Positions 23,415 through 31,638 of a stretch of DNA of 32,000 nt are shown here, in pieces; the stretch's first letter is position 1, and the number at the start of each line of letters is the position of its first letter. A model generated the notes under the pieces. It saw nothing but the letters and a program-made list of their open reading frames with translations, ran no database searches and was not told where the DNA came from. This DNA is from Candidatus Saccharimonadota bacterium (GTDB lineage Archaea; Nanobdellota; Nanobdellia; Pacearchaeales; GW2011-AR1): the NCBI GenBank assembly GCA_026002795.1, contig BPGA01000001.1, positions 330,001-362,000 of the forward strand, read 5' to 3'. A program made the translations under genes and the position numbers.

Positions 23415-23765
23415 ATGGAATTTATAGCTTTGCTTTCTACTGGAAAAGGATCTTGGGGGCAAATTTCTGGCCTTATTAAGTATGGAGAATGGGATAAAAT
23501 AATTCTTATAGGAAGAGATTTTGCAGAAAAATTTACCTCTGAAAAAAAATTTGAGTTTATTAGAGTTGATTTAGACAAAAGAATTAAAGAGCTAAAAGAA
23601 GAATTTGAGAAAAAACTAAGAGGAAAAATACAAGGTACAGAGGTTGCTTTAAGTATAGCATCAGGAGACGGTAAAGAGCATATGGCCTTAATTTCTGCTT
23701 TATTAAGTCTGCCGGTTGGAATAAGGTTTGTTGCTTTAACAAAAGAAGGAATACTTTATTTATAA
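23415..23765 (+). CDS. Hypothetical small alpha/beta (Rossmann-like) protein
   Basis: 116 aa: MEFIALLSTGKGSWG...KIILIG...ALSIASGDGKEHMALISALLSLPVGIRFVALT. A CTTATAAA box sits exactly at -29. Divergent from the bS6-like ORF. Confidence 0.5.
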   Translation: MEFIALLSTGKGSWGQISGLIKYGEWDKIILIGRDFAEKFTSEKKFEFIRVDLDKRIKELKEEFEKKLRGKIQGTEVALSIASGDGKEHMALISALLSLPVGIRFVALTKEGILYL

Positions 23766-23775
23766 TTCTTAATTT

Positions 23776-25203
23776 TCATCTAAAAAAACTTATTATCCAG
23801 AAAAACATCAAAACAAAAACCAAAAACAAGAAAAATTGGGTTGAAAAAATAAATGCTTTTCTAGCTATTTTTTCATTTTTTGTTAACGCTAGAACACTTA
23901 AATAAAAAAATCTTCCTCCATCAAAAATGCCTACAGGAAGCATATTAATTAAAGCTACGCTTAAACTTATTAAAATAATCCACCATATTAAATTGTAAAT
24001 AAAAATACCTAATTCTCCTATTTTTGTCTCATAGTAGGTATTTGGATCTTTAAATGAACTTATTTTTTGTATAATTCCTCTTAAAATTCCGTTAGATTTT
24101 CTTTCATAAAACCCTATACCTAGCCAAGCAGATCCAGGTTTTTCAGGATTTTCCTCTAAAATAATTTCTTGTGATTTATAACCCCCATCAGTTAAAATAC
24201 CTAAACTTATTTTATCTCCGGGTTTATATTTAGATATTTTAAAAGATAAATCATTAATTGAAGTTACTTTTTCTCCATTAATATCTATAATTATTCTACT
24301 TAAATTATTCTTAATTGCTGGAGCAGAGTTGTATAAAACCAAGATATCATTGTTTTTTTGATTTTCAATCATCTGTTTTGTTGCTAAAAAAACCCTATTT
24401 CCCGATTTTATCTCATTAAATTCAGAACTATTCATTAAATTCAATAATTCGGAATAACTCTTTTCATTTAGAGTAATATTATTTACTGAATTAATTGTTG
24501 CTATATGAACTTGAGAGGTTGCATAAGAATCAAAAATAATTCCAGCTGGTTTAAAAGCAAAAATAAAAAAGACAACAAAGATGACGAAAAATAAAATAGC
24601 TGTTATGACATTTGCAAAAGTTCCTGATGAAAGAATAGCAAGCTGAGAAAACTTTCTTTTTTTTGCCATTTTTTTCTCATCAAGTTCAACAAAAGCAGCT
24701 AAAAATATTGGCAAGAAAAAAGGAAAAAATCCGAATCCAGTTGTTTTTATCTTAACTTTATTATGAGCAGCAAAAATTCCGTGTGCCAACTCATGAAAAA
24801 TTGCAATAATTGCAATTATTACAATCCAATATGTAAAATAAAAAGGGGGTAAAAACTCTAACTTAAAAACTTGTGGAAGGTAAGGTACTAAAGGCAGTAT
24901 TGGCGGAACCTTTATTGTTCTTACAAGAATCGGATTTAAAACATAAATTTTTACTATATTATAAATTAAATAGATAACAGAAATCATTAATACATAGCCA
25001 CAAAAAATAGAAACATAACTTAAAAAATTCCAAAAACCCTTATGCTTTTTTCCTAATTTATTTATTAGTTTTATTCCCCAACTAGTTCTATATAAAACGA
25101 GCAGTCCTTCTCTATCAAGCTTTTTTCTTTTTTTATAAAGAAAAACAAATAAAAATAAAACAAAAAAAGACAAAAAAATTAAATCATAAACTAAAAAGCT
25201 CAT
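23776..25203 (-). CDS. Site-2 protease, M50 family, with PDZ domain
   Basis: HELAHGIFAA (HExxH) in a TM segment; NMLPVGIFDGGRFF (NxxPxxxxDG motif); a central soluble PDZ-like region (GDKISLGILTDGG). Confidence 0.85.
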   Translation of the reverse strand: MSFLVYDLIFLSFFVLFLFVFLYKKRKKLDREGLLVLYRTSWGIKLINKLGKKHKGFWNFLSYVSIFCGYVLMISVIYLIYNIVKIYVLNPILVRTIKVPPILPLVPYLPQVFKLEFLPPFYFTYWIVIIAIIAIFHELAHGIFAAHNKVKIKTTGFGFFPFFLPIFLAAFVELDEKKMAKKRKFSQLAILSSGTFANVITAILFFVIFVVFFIFAFKPAGIIFDSYATSQVHIATINSVNNITLNEKSYSELLNLMNSSEFNEIKSGNRVFLATKQMIENQKNNDILVLYNSAPAIKNNLSRIIIDINGEKVTSINDLSFKISKYKPGDKISLGILTDGGYKSQEIILEENPEKPGSAWLGIGFYERKSNGILRGIIQKISSFKDPNTYYETKIGELGIFIYNLIWWIILISLSVALINMLPVGIFDGGRFFYLSVLALTKNEKIARKAFIFSTQFFLFLVFVLMFFWIISFFR

Positions 25204-25217
25204 CTTTTATATTTAAG

Positions 25218-25379
25218 TTATTTTTTTCTCAAAGGCCTAAAGGCCTTTCTTTTACATTTTCTACACTTAACTTTTCCTTTTAAGATTTTTTGAGGATCTG
25301 CTCTTATTTTTGCATTACAGCTTTTACAGACAAAAACATTTTTAAAAAGTCTTTTTTGAGCCTCTAGAATTTTTGCCAT
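25218..25379 (-). CDS. rpl40e: 50S ribosomal protein L40e
   Basis: 53-aa ORF not in the track: MAKILEAQKRLFKNVFVCKSCNAKIRADPQKILKGKVKCRKCKRKAFRPLRKK*. It has the C-x2-C...C-x2-C zinc ribbon and basic tail typical of archaeal L40e. Starts 1 nt after the aIF5A stop. Confidence 0.75.
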   Translation of the reverse strand: MAKILEAQKRLFKNVFVCKSCNAKIRADPQKILKGKVKCRKCKRKAFRPLRKK

Positions 25380-25380
25380 T

Positions 25381-25767
25381 TTATAACTTTCTCTTTATTA
25401 TTTTTCTACCTTCAATATCCCAATACTCTACATTATCTCCTTCTTTTAGGTTTTCTATATCTTGCGGAACATCAATGTCAAAACTTTCAAAATTTTCAAG
25501 ATCCATGACAGTTGCAGCATTTACAGATATAGAAAGTATTTGTGCTTTTCTTTTATCAACTAAAGGAACATTAAATCTTTCGTGGCCTGGAACAACAATT
25601 ATTTTTTTCTGATTGTTAATTATTCCTATTGCTTCTATCCTACATTTGCTTGCTCCGTGTTTTCCTGTTTTGCTTATATCAATTGTTTTTACGGTGTATG
25701 GTTCAGAGTCAATCATTATGTTTGTACCTGGCTTAATGTCTGTTGCATCAATTAATTTTAAAACCAT
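25381..25767 (-). CDS. eif5a: Translation initiation factor aIF5A
   Basis: Hypusine-loop motif SKTGKHGASK, length 128 aa, SH3-like N-domain plus OB C-domain pattern. Confidence 0.9.
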   Translation of the reverse strand: MVLKLIDATDIKPGTNIMIDSEPYTVKTIDISKTGKHGASKCRIEAIGIINNQKKIIVVPGHERFNVPLVDKRKAQILSISVNAATVMDLENFESFDIDVPQDIENLKEGDNVEYWDIEGRKIIKRKL

Positions 25768-25860
25768 CTCTTAAAAAAATAAAAGATATTTAAAAAACTT
25801 TCAGTAAAGCCTTTAAAAGAATCTAACAAATTTTAAAAATACAAGCTTTTTTGTTTTTTT

Positions 25861-26499
25861 ATGTTAACAAAAAAAGGAGATTTTATTGAAATAGATTTTA
25901 CAGGAATGACAAAAGAAGGAGAGATATTTGATTCAACTCTTGCCGAGAATTTAAAAAAAATTTCACACAATCATGAAGTTAAAGCAGAACCCTTTGTTTT
26001 TTGTTTAGGCGAAGGAATGATTTTAAAAGCTTTAGACGATTTTTTAATTAATAAAGAAATTGGCAGAACATACCATTTAGAAATTCCTCCAGAAGAAGCA
26101 TTTGGAAAGAGAAATCCTAAACTAATTCAAAAAATACCTTTAAGAATTTTTAAAGAAAGGAACATAAATCCTTTACCTGGTGTTTTTTTTAATTTTGATG
26201 GTGTTGTTGGTAAAGTTGTTGCTGTTACAAGTGGAATGGTTATAGTAGATTTTAATCATTATTTATCAGGAAAAAAAATTCAATATGAAATAAAAATTTT
26301 GAGAAAGGTAGATGATCTTGGAGAAAAAATTAAAGCCTTAAACAAATTCTTTCTAAAAAAAGAAATTCCGTTTGAGATAAGCGGAGAAAAAATAATCTTA
26401 AAACCAGAAAAAGAATTCGAAAGACTTCTTGAGATTTTTAAAGAAAAATATAAAGAAATTTTAAATAAAGAAATCGATATAAAGTCAGAAAAATCATAA
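25861..26499 (+). CDS. FKBP-type peptidyl-prolyl cis-trans isomerase (archaeal SlyD-like, with IF insert)
   Basis: GDFIEIDFTGMTKEGEIFDST, FCLGEGMILKALDDFL and PPEEAFGKRNPKLIQ. Confidence 0.85.
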   Translation: MLTKKGDFIEIDFTGMTKEGEIFDSTLAENLKKISHNHEVKAEPFVFCLGEGMILKALDDFLINKEIGRTYHLEIPPEEAFGKRNPKLIQKIPLRIFKERNINPLPGVFFNFDGVVGKVVAVTSGMVIVDFNHYLSGKKIQYEIKILRKVDDLGEKIKALNKFFLKKEIPFEISGEKIILKPEKEFERLLEIFKEKYKEILNKEIDIKSEKS

Positions 26500-26521
26500 T
26501 TTATTTCTAAATATAGATATT

Positions 26522-26529
26522 CTTAAAAA
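26522..26529 (+). promoter_or_regulatory. TATA-like box (CTTAAAAA) for ftsZ
   Basis: Starts 29 nt upstream of the ATG at 26551. Confidence 0.45.
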
Positions 26530-26550
26530 GCAAACAAGCCTATTAAAACC

Positions 26551-27621
26551 ATGGAAGAAACAACAGAAGAATTAAAAAACATTGAGAGAGAACTTGAAGA
26601 ACTAATCAAAAAACAAACTGCAAAAATTAAAGTTGTTGGTGTTGGCGGTGGCGGAGGAAATTCTTTAAGCAGAATGAAAGAAATAGGAATCAAAGGAGGA
26701 GAGCTAATTGCAATTAACACAGATGCACAAGATCTTCTTTATACAAATGCAGATTATAAAATCTTAATAGGTAAAGAGCTAACTCAAGGTCTTGGAGCAG
26801 GAAGCAATCCAAAGATAGGAGAGGCTGCAGCAAAAGAATCTGAATCCGAAATAAAAAAAAGAATTTCTGGAGCTGATATGGTCTTTATAACATGTGGCTT
26901 AGGAGGAGGAACAGGAACAGGAGCAGCTCCTGTTGTTGCTCAGCTTGCAAAAAAACAAGGCTCTTTAGTTATCGGTGTAGTTACTTTTCCATTTACAATT
27001 GAAGGAAGAAAAAGAATAGAGAATGCAACAAACGGACTTGAAAAAATGGAATCATTTACAGACACCTTGATTGTTATACCAAATGATAAACTTCTTGAAT
27101 TAGCTCCGGATTTGCCTTTACAAACAGCCTTTAAAATAGCCGACGAGATCCTTACAAATGCTGTTAAAGGAATTACCGAGTTAATAACTAAAACAGGTCT
27201 TGTTAATTTAGACTTTGCAGATGTAAAGGCAGTTATGGTTGATGGAGGAGTTTCTCTTATCGGTGTTGGAGAGTCTGACAGCGCTAATAGAGCTATAGAA
27301 TCAGTTGAAAAAGCAATAAATAATCCATTACTTGATGTAGATGTTTCTAATGCAAAAGGAGCTTTAGTCAATATAATTGGTGGAAATGATATGACTTTAG
27401 ACGAATGTAAAAAAATTATTGAGTTTATCGGTAATCAATTGAATCCGGACGCAAAGTTAATCTGGGGGGCTCAAATATCTCCTGATATGGAAAAAACAAT
27501 AAGAGTTATGTTAATTATTACAGGAGTTAAAAGCCATCAAATTTTAGGTCATGGAGAGTCTTTAGAAAGTTTAAAACATAAAGAAATTGAAGAAGAACTT
27601 GGAATTGAATTTCTAGAGTAA
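26551..27621 (+). CDS. ftsZ: Cell division GTPase FtsZ
   Basis: [13 protein letters not shown], the tubulin signature [13 protein letters not shown], and NTDAQ. Confidence 0.95.
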   Translation: MEETTEELKNIERELEELIKKQTAKIKVVGVGGGGGNSLSRMKEIGIKGGELIAINTDAQDLLYTNADYKILIGKELTQGLGAGSNPKIGEAAAKESESEIKKRISGADMVFITCGLGGGTGTGAAPVVAQLAKKQGSLVIGVVTFPFTIEGRKRIENATNGLEKMESFTDTLIVIPNDKLLELAPDLPLQTAFKIADEILTNAVKGITELITKTGLVNLDFADVKAVMVDGGVSLIGVGESDSANRAIESVEKAINNPLLDVDVSNAKGALVNIIGGNDMTLDECKKIIEFIGNQLNPDAKLIWGAQISPDMEKTIRVMLIITGVKSHQILGHGESLESLKHKEIEEELGIEFLE

Positions 27622-27622
27622 A

Positions 27623-28570
27623 ATGAATTTAAGAAAATTTACTTATTTACTTTTAACATTAAATTTTTTATTTTATTCTAATGCAAGAAACAATTTTTAT
27701 GAAAAAAATAGAGAAAATAGTCAGAATAACTTTTCTTTTTCTTTCACAACTTTAAGCGTTAATTCTGTCTATAATTTTAGTTTTCCTATAAGAAGAGAAC
27801 AGATTAATCCTCTTTTAAATAATCTTCAAAAAGAAAATGCTTTGTTAAGAATGTTTAGTGATTGTGATAACAAAATCTATCATAAGAGAGGATTTTATTA
27901 TGAAAAGACAGCTGAAGAAATTTCAAAAAGTATTAATGATAGAAGAAATTTAGAAAGAATTATCACAAAATATTTTTATGACGAACTTTATACAAGTTTT
28001 AATCATCATAATTTTTTAGATGATTCTAAAATTTGGCATGACCTGTTAAACGGTTCTGGATATTTTGAGGATAGTTATGATTATTTAAGAATAAGAAATG
28101 GAAAATGGATAGAAAAACATAGAGCAATAGATATATTTGGGAAAATTGGCGATTTTGTTTATTCTCCAATTAACGGAGTTGTTTTAGATTCTAAAAATGA
28201 TTGGAAAGGTAGATGGGATAGAAAAAAAGGACTTATTTATGAAGGAGGTGGTTTTGGAATTTTATCAGGAAACGGGGTTCTTTTATTTCAACCTTCAGAC
28301 ACAACTTATTTTTTTATAGTTCATATGAAAGATGTGTTTGTTAAACCAGGAGATTTAGTTTATAAAGGAAAAATTATAGGAAGCGTTGGTAAAACAGGAA
28401 ATGCTTCTTCTCCATATACAAAACCACACATACATGTATCAGTTAAAAAACCAGGAATTAAATGTGGTATAAAGGGTGCTCTAGTTTCAATAAACCCTTA
28501 TTCTAATTTGCTGTATGCTCGTGAGAATCTTCTTAAAAAAGAAGAGAAAATTTATGTTGATGAATCTTAA
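27623..28570 (+). CDS. Secreted M23 (LytM/lysostaphin-type) metallopeptidase
   Basis: Signal-peptide-like N-terminus MNLRKFTYLLLTLNFLFYSNA. Zn ligand motifs HRAID (HxxxD) and PHIHVS (HxH), with the SVGKTGNASSP block between them. The ATG lies 1 nt after the ftsZ stop. Confidence 0.8.
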   Translation: MNLRKFTYLLLTLNFLFYSNARNNFYEKNRENSQNNFSFSFTTLSVNSVYNFSFPIRREQINPLLNNLQKENALLRMFSDCDNKIYHKRGFYYEKTAEEISKSINDRRNLERIITKYFYDELYTSFNHHNFLDDSKIWHDLLNGSGYFEDSYDYLRIRNGKWIEKHRAIDIFGKIGDFVYSPINGVVLDSKNDWKGRWDRKKGLIYEGGGFGILSGNGVLLFQPSDTTYFFIVHMKDVFVKPGDLVYKGKIIGSVGKTGNASSPYTKPHIHVSVKKPGIKCGIKGALVSINPYSNLLYARENLLKKEEKIYVDES

Positions 28571-28592
28571 ATTAAATTTTAAAAACTTAAAA

Positions 28593-28600
28593 CTTAAAAA
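28593..28600 (+). promoter_or_regulatory. TATA-like box (CTTAAAAA) for secE
   Basis: Starts 29 nt upstream of the ATG at 28622. Confidence 0.45.
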
Positions 28601-28621
28601 TATAAAAAAATTATTATTAAA

Positions 28622-28798
28622 ATGGATAAAGAAAACAGACTAAAAATATTTTTTGAAAAATGTAAGAGGGTTTGGTATGTTTTAAAAAAACCATCTAAAA
28701 AAGAGTATACATTAATAGTAAAGGTAACAGCTATAGGAATAGCAGTCATAGGTTTTTTTGGGTTTTTAATTTCAGTTTTGATGAAAGCGTTTGTTTAA
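28622..28798 (+). CDS. secE: Preprotein translocase subunit SecE (Sec61 gamma)
   Basis: 58-aa ORF not in the track: MDKENRLKIFFEKCKRVWYVLKKPSKKEYTLIVKVTAIGIAVIGFFGFLISVLMKAFV*. It has an amphipathic N-terminus, KP-x3-E and a single C-terminal TM, and sits in the expected neighbourhood (ftsZ ... spt5). Confidence 0.8.
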   Translation: MDKENRLKIFFEKCKRVWYVLKKPSKKEYTLIVKVTAIGIAVIGFFGFLISVLMKAFV

Positions 28799-28819
28799 CG
28801 TTTATTTAAATAAACTAAA

Positions 28820-31081
28820 ATGGGTATAGTAAAGAACTTAAAAAGAATTTTGATTTCAGGATTATTTTTTTCTACTCTTTCATGCCAAGATGTATCATCA
28901 CCACCACCTAAAAAACCAACAATAACACAGCCACCACCACAACAACCACAAAATCGTTCTCCAACAATAAACTCAAACCCACCAACACAAATTGATGAGG
29001 TTTCATATTATGAGTATAGAGTTCTGGCATCAGATCCAGATGGAGATCCTCTCACGTTTTCATTACAACAAGCTCCAACATGGTTATCTCTTTCTAACAA
29101 CATTATTTCTGGCACTTCTCCAGAAGTTTTAAAAGATACAATTTTTCCAGTGAAATTAGTGGTTAGCGATGGAAAAACAAATGTTGATCAATCATGGAAC
29201 CTTGCTGTTAAAAACCTTTATAACTATTATGTTTTATCCGGAGAGCAGATAAATCAATTAGTTAGTGTAGATAGCTCTACCTTAACATTTTCTCAACCAA
29301 CAAACTACTCAATAGGAGACATTTTAGTTTCTGGAGTTAGTGATAAGACACCAACAGGATTGCTTAGAGAAATAACTGCTTTATCTTCAGATAAAAGAAA
29401 AATTACTACTAAAAATTCTACATTAGAAAAATTAGTTAAAGAGGGTTCTTTTGTTTATGAAAAAAGACTTTCTAGAGGAGATATTTCTAACTCTTATATG
29501 AGAGAAGGAATATATCAGCAAGAATCACCAAATCAAGAGTTTGATTTTAACTTCAAATTAAATAATGTAATAATTCATGATGCTTTTAACAATCCCAAAA
29601 TTCCAGCAGGTAAAATTATAATGAATGGATTTCTTTCTTTAAATTTAGGTTTTTATTTTGATTTTGAATCAAAAAATAGAAAAATAAATAAGATAACTCT
29701 AAAAGGTTCTTTAAATGATAAGTCAGAAATAAAAGTAAATATTTATTCACCTCTTTCTCTTATTCATAATGTAGAAGTAGAATTAATCAAATATAAATTT
29801 AATCCAATAGTATTTACTATACCCTCTACACCTATTCCAGTTGTTATTATACCAGAACTTACCTTTAATGCAGGAGCATATGGATCTTTAGATTATCAAG
29901 AAGCAAAAGTTTCTCAAGAAGGAGAATTTGTTGCTGCTCTTGTTTATGAAAATCAAAATTTGAGAAAGACATTTAACATTGAAAATGATTTTGAATTCTC
30001 TTTTACAAACCCAACAAATAAAAACGCTTATTATAGAGCATATTTAGGTCCACGTTTAAATATTATGTTTTATGGTGTTATTGGTCCATCACTTCGTTTA
30101 GATCCTTATTTACAATTAGCTTCAGAAGATTCTCTTTGGAGTTTTTATGGCGGTATAGAATCTTGGATAATCCTCAAAAAAGATGTTTTGAGTGAGGTCC
30201 TTCCAAATATAGCTGAAAGAATTTTTGATTATAGAAAAACACTAAAACAAGGAAAATTAGAAGATACAGTTAATGAAGAAATTCTTTTTGTTTCTACAAG
30301 AGACAAGAATGAAGAGATATATGCAATAAAACCAGATGGTACTGGATTAAGAAGAATAACAAATAACTCAATTCCAGATAGATATCCATCTTGGTCTCCA
30401 GATAGATCCAAAATAACTTATATCTCAAGATCGAATTTAGGAAATGATGTTTTTGTAATGAACTCTAACGGTTCTAATATTGTTAGATTAACTAACGACT
30501 CTAATGATGAATATCTTCCAAAATGGTCTCCAGATGGAAAAAGTATTCTTTATATCAAAAATGTGAATGGTAAATATAGTTTATATGTTATGAATTCAGA
30601 CGGATCAAATCAGAGAGAAATAAAAACAGCTCTTAATGATGATATTTTATATGCTTCCTGGTCTCCAGACGGAGGTAAAATTGTTTTTCAAGGGTATAAA
30701 GATATGACGTGGGAAATTTTTACAATTAACTCAGACGGATCTAATTTAAAAAGATTAACAAATGATAAAAGGTATGCAAACTTACAACCATCTTGGTCTC
30801 CAAGAGGAGATGAGATTGTTTTTGCTTCTGATAGAGATGGAGATTTTGAAATTTACATAATGAACACTGATGGCTCTAATGTTAGAAAAATAACAGACAA
30901 CTCTGTTAGAGATTTAGAACCTGCTTGGTCTCCTGATGCGAAAAGTATTGTTTATACACACGATTTCTCTTTAGAGTCAAACAAAAATTTTGATTTGTAT
31001 ATAATAAATAGAGACGGTAGCGGAAATAGAAACTTAACAAAACACACTTCTAGGAATTATCATCCAGCTTGGTCTCCTTAA
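28820..31081 (+). CDS. Large secreted or surface protein: signal peptide, Pro/Gln linker, cadherin-like Ig domain, unknown beta-rich core, TolB-like PD40 beta-propeller
   Basis: N-terminus MGIVKNLKRILISGLFFSTLSC, then the linker PPPKKPTITQPPPQQPQNRSP. YEYRVLASDPDGDPLTFSLQQAPTWLSLSNNIISGTS is a cadherin-like or putative Ig motif. The C-terminal 265 aa carry six W-S-P-[DR] repeats. Confidence 0.8.
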   Translation: MGIVKNLKRILISGLFFSTLSCQDVSSPPPKKPTITQPPPQQPQNRSPTINSNPPTQIDEVSYYEYRVLASDPDGDPLTFSLQQAPTWLSLSNNIISGTSPEVLKDTIFPVKLVVSDGKTNVDQSWNLAVKNLYNYYVLSGEQINQLVSVDSSTLTFSQPTNYSIGDILVSGVSDKTPTGLLREITALSSDKRKITTKNSTLEKLVKEGSFVYEKRLSRGDISNSYMREGIYQQESPNQEFDFNFKLNNVIIHDAFNNPKIPAGKIIMNGFLSLNLGFYFDFESKNRKINKITLKGSLNDKSEIKVNIYSPLSLIHNVEVELIKYKFNPIVFTIPSTPIPVVIIPELTFNAGAYGSLDYQEAKVSQEGEFVAALVYENQNLRKTFNIENDFEFSFTNPTNKNAYYRAYLGPRLNIMFYGVIGPSLRLDPYLQLASEDSLWSFYGGIESWIILKKDVLSEVLPNIAERIFDYRKTLKQGKLEDTVNEEILFVSTRDKNEEIYAIKPDGTGLRRITNNSIPDRYPSWSPDRSKITYISRSNLGNDVFVMNSNGSNIVRLTNDSNDEYLPKWSPDGKSILYIKNVNGKYSLYVMNSDGSNQREIKTALNDDILYASWSPDGGKIVFQGYKDMTWEIFTINSDGSNLKRLTNDKRYANLQPSWSPRGDEIVFASDRDGDFEIYIMNTDGSNVRKITDNSVRDLEPAWSPDAKSIVYTHDFSLESNKNFDLYIINRDGSGNRNLTKHTSRNYHPAWSP
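30281..31078 (+). repeat. Coding repeats: six PD40/WD40-like propeller blades
   Basis: TGGTCTCC(A/T) (W-S-P) recurs at 30392, 30524, 30659, 30794, 30926 and 31070, a period of 132-144 nt. Each unit reads about ...Y.MN.DGSN...LTN......P.WSPDG..I.F. The protein ends exactly on W-S-P, consistent with propeller velcro closure by the first ILFVS strand. Confidence 0.8.
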
Positions 31082-31173
31082 TAATTACGGATTGAAAAGC
31101 AAAAAGCTTAAAAACTAAAATTTTTAAAATATAATATTCTAATTCTTAAGTATTTACTTAAGTGGGAGATAAA

Positions 31174-31629
31174 ATGATCTTTGTTATTAAAGTAACTACG
31201 AATAAAGAAGATAAAGTAGTTGATATGATAGCAGAAAGAGTAGAAAAAAAATCACTTAATACATACTCTATACTAAGACCACACGGACTTAGGGGTTTTA
31301 TTTTTTTAGAGTCTGAAGATAAAGAAACAGCAGAAGAATCTGTTTATAATCTTCCTTACGTTAAAGGAATTTTAGGAAAGACAGTTAGTTATGAAGAAAT
31401 TAAAAATATGGTTGAGCCTTCTGTCGAGAAAATAGATATAAAAGAAGGAGACGTAGTTGAAATTATAGGTACAACATTAAAAGGAGAAAAAGCAAAAGTC
31501 TTAAGAGTTGATAAACAAAAAGAAGAGGTTTTAGTTAGCTTACTTGGTGCTGTAGTTCCTTTGCCGGTTTCAATAAAAATAGATAATGTTAAGGTTATAA
31601 GAAGAGAAGAAGAAAAAGAGGAAAAATAA
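31174..31629 (+). CDS. spt5: Transcription elongation factor Spt5 (archaeal NusG)
   Basis: NGN domain MIFVIKVTTNKEDKVVDMI...GFIFLES and KOW motif GDVVEIIGTTLKGEKAKVLRVD. The ATG at 31174 is preferred over the GTG at 31162 used by the track. Confidence 0.9.
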   Translation: MIFVIKVTTNKEDKVVDMIAERVEKKSLNTYSILRPHGLRGFIFLESEDKETAEESVYNLPYVKGILGKTVSYEEIKNMVEPSVEKIDIKEGDVVEIIGTTLKGEKAKVLRVDKQKEEVLVSLLGAVVPLPVSIKIDNVKVIRREEEKEEK

Positions 31630-31638
31630 CTATTAAAA

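Noticed and set aside
2744-27371. Track ORFs lying antisense or out of frame inside strongly supported genes: 2744..3025, 3706..3894, 4001..4186, 6445..6702, 8844..9053, 10606..10998, 11581..11796, 12396..12599, 12977..13255, 13152..13346, 15215..15436, 18882..19142, 22011..22313, 22433..22663, 23387..23578, 25373..25612, 26523..26720, 26940..27371, 30229..30411
   Set aside because: Each is fully nested in or overlaps a gene with clear family motifs on the other strand. Their translations are low-complexity (Ser/Leu/Phe/Ile-rich mirror images of Lys/Glu-rich proteins) and show no recognisable motifs. This is expected in AT-rich DNA, where the antisense strand of Lys/Glu/Asn-rich genes is depleted of stop codons.
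28868-28882. Possible lipobox (STLSC) at the end of the signal peptide of the 753-aa protein
   Set aside because: The residues before the Cys (T-L-S) do not fit the canonical L-[AS]-[GA]-C pattern well, and the lipoprotein machinery in such archaea is uncertain. It is left as a possibility, not a call.
29474-29482. RGD tripeptide (LSRGDIS) in the 753-aa protein
   Set aside because: A three-residue motif is expected by chance in a 753-aa protein, and there is no supporting context.
30281-31078. Periodic nucleotide repeat (TGGTCTCC every 132-144 nt), considered as a possible tandem DNA repeat or CRISPR-like array
   Set aside because: The period is a multiple of 3 within a single long ORF, and only the W-S-P-D codons are conserved. 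These are protein-level PD40 propeller blades, not a DNA repeat array. There are no identical direct repeats with unique spacers.
31145-31162. CTTAAG-TATTTA-CTTAAG dyad upstream of spt5
   Set aside because: It is a 6-bp self-complementary hexamer repeated once in AT-rich DNA and overlaps the probable promoter box. It is too short to distinguish from chance.
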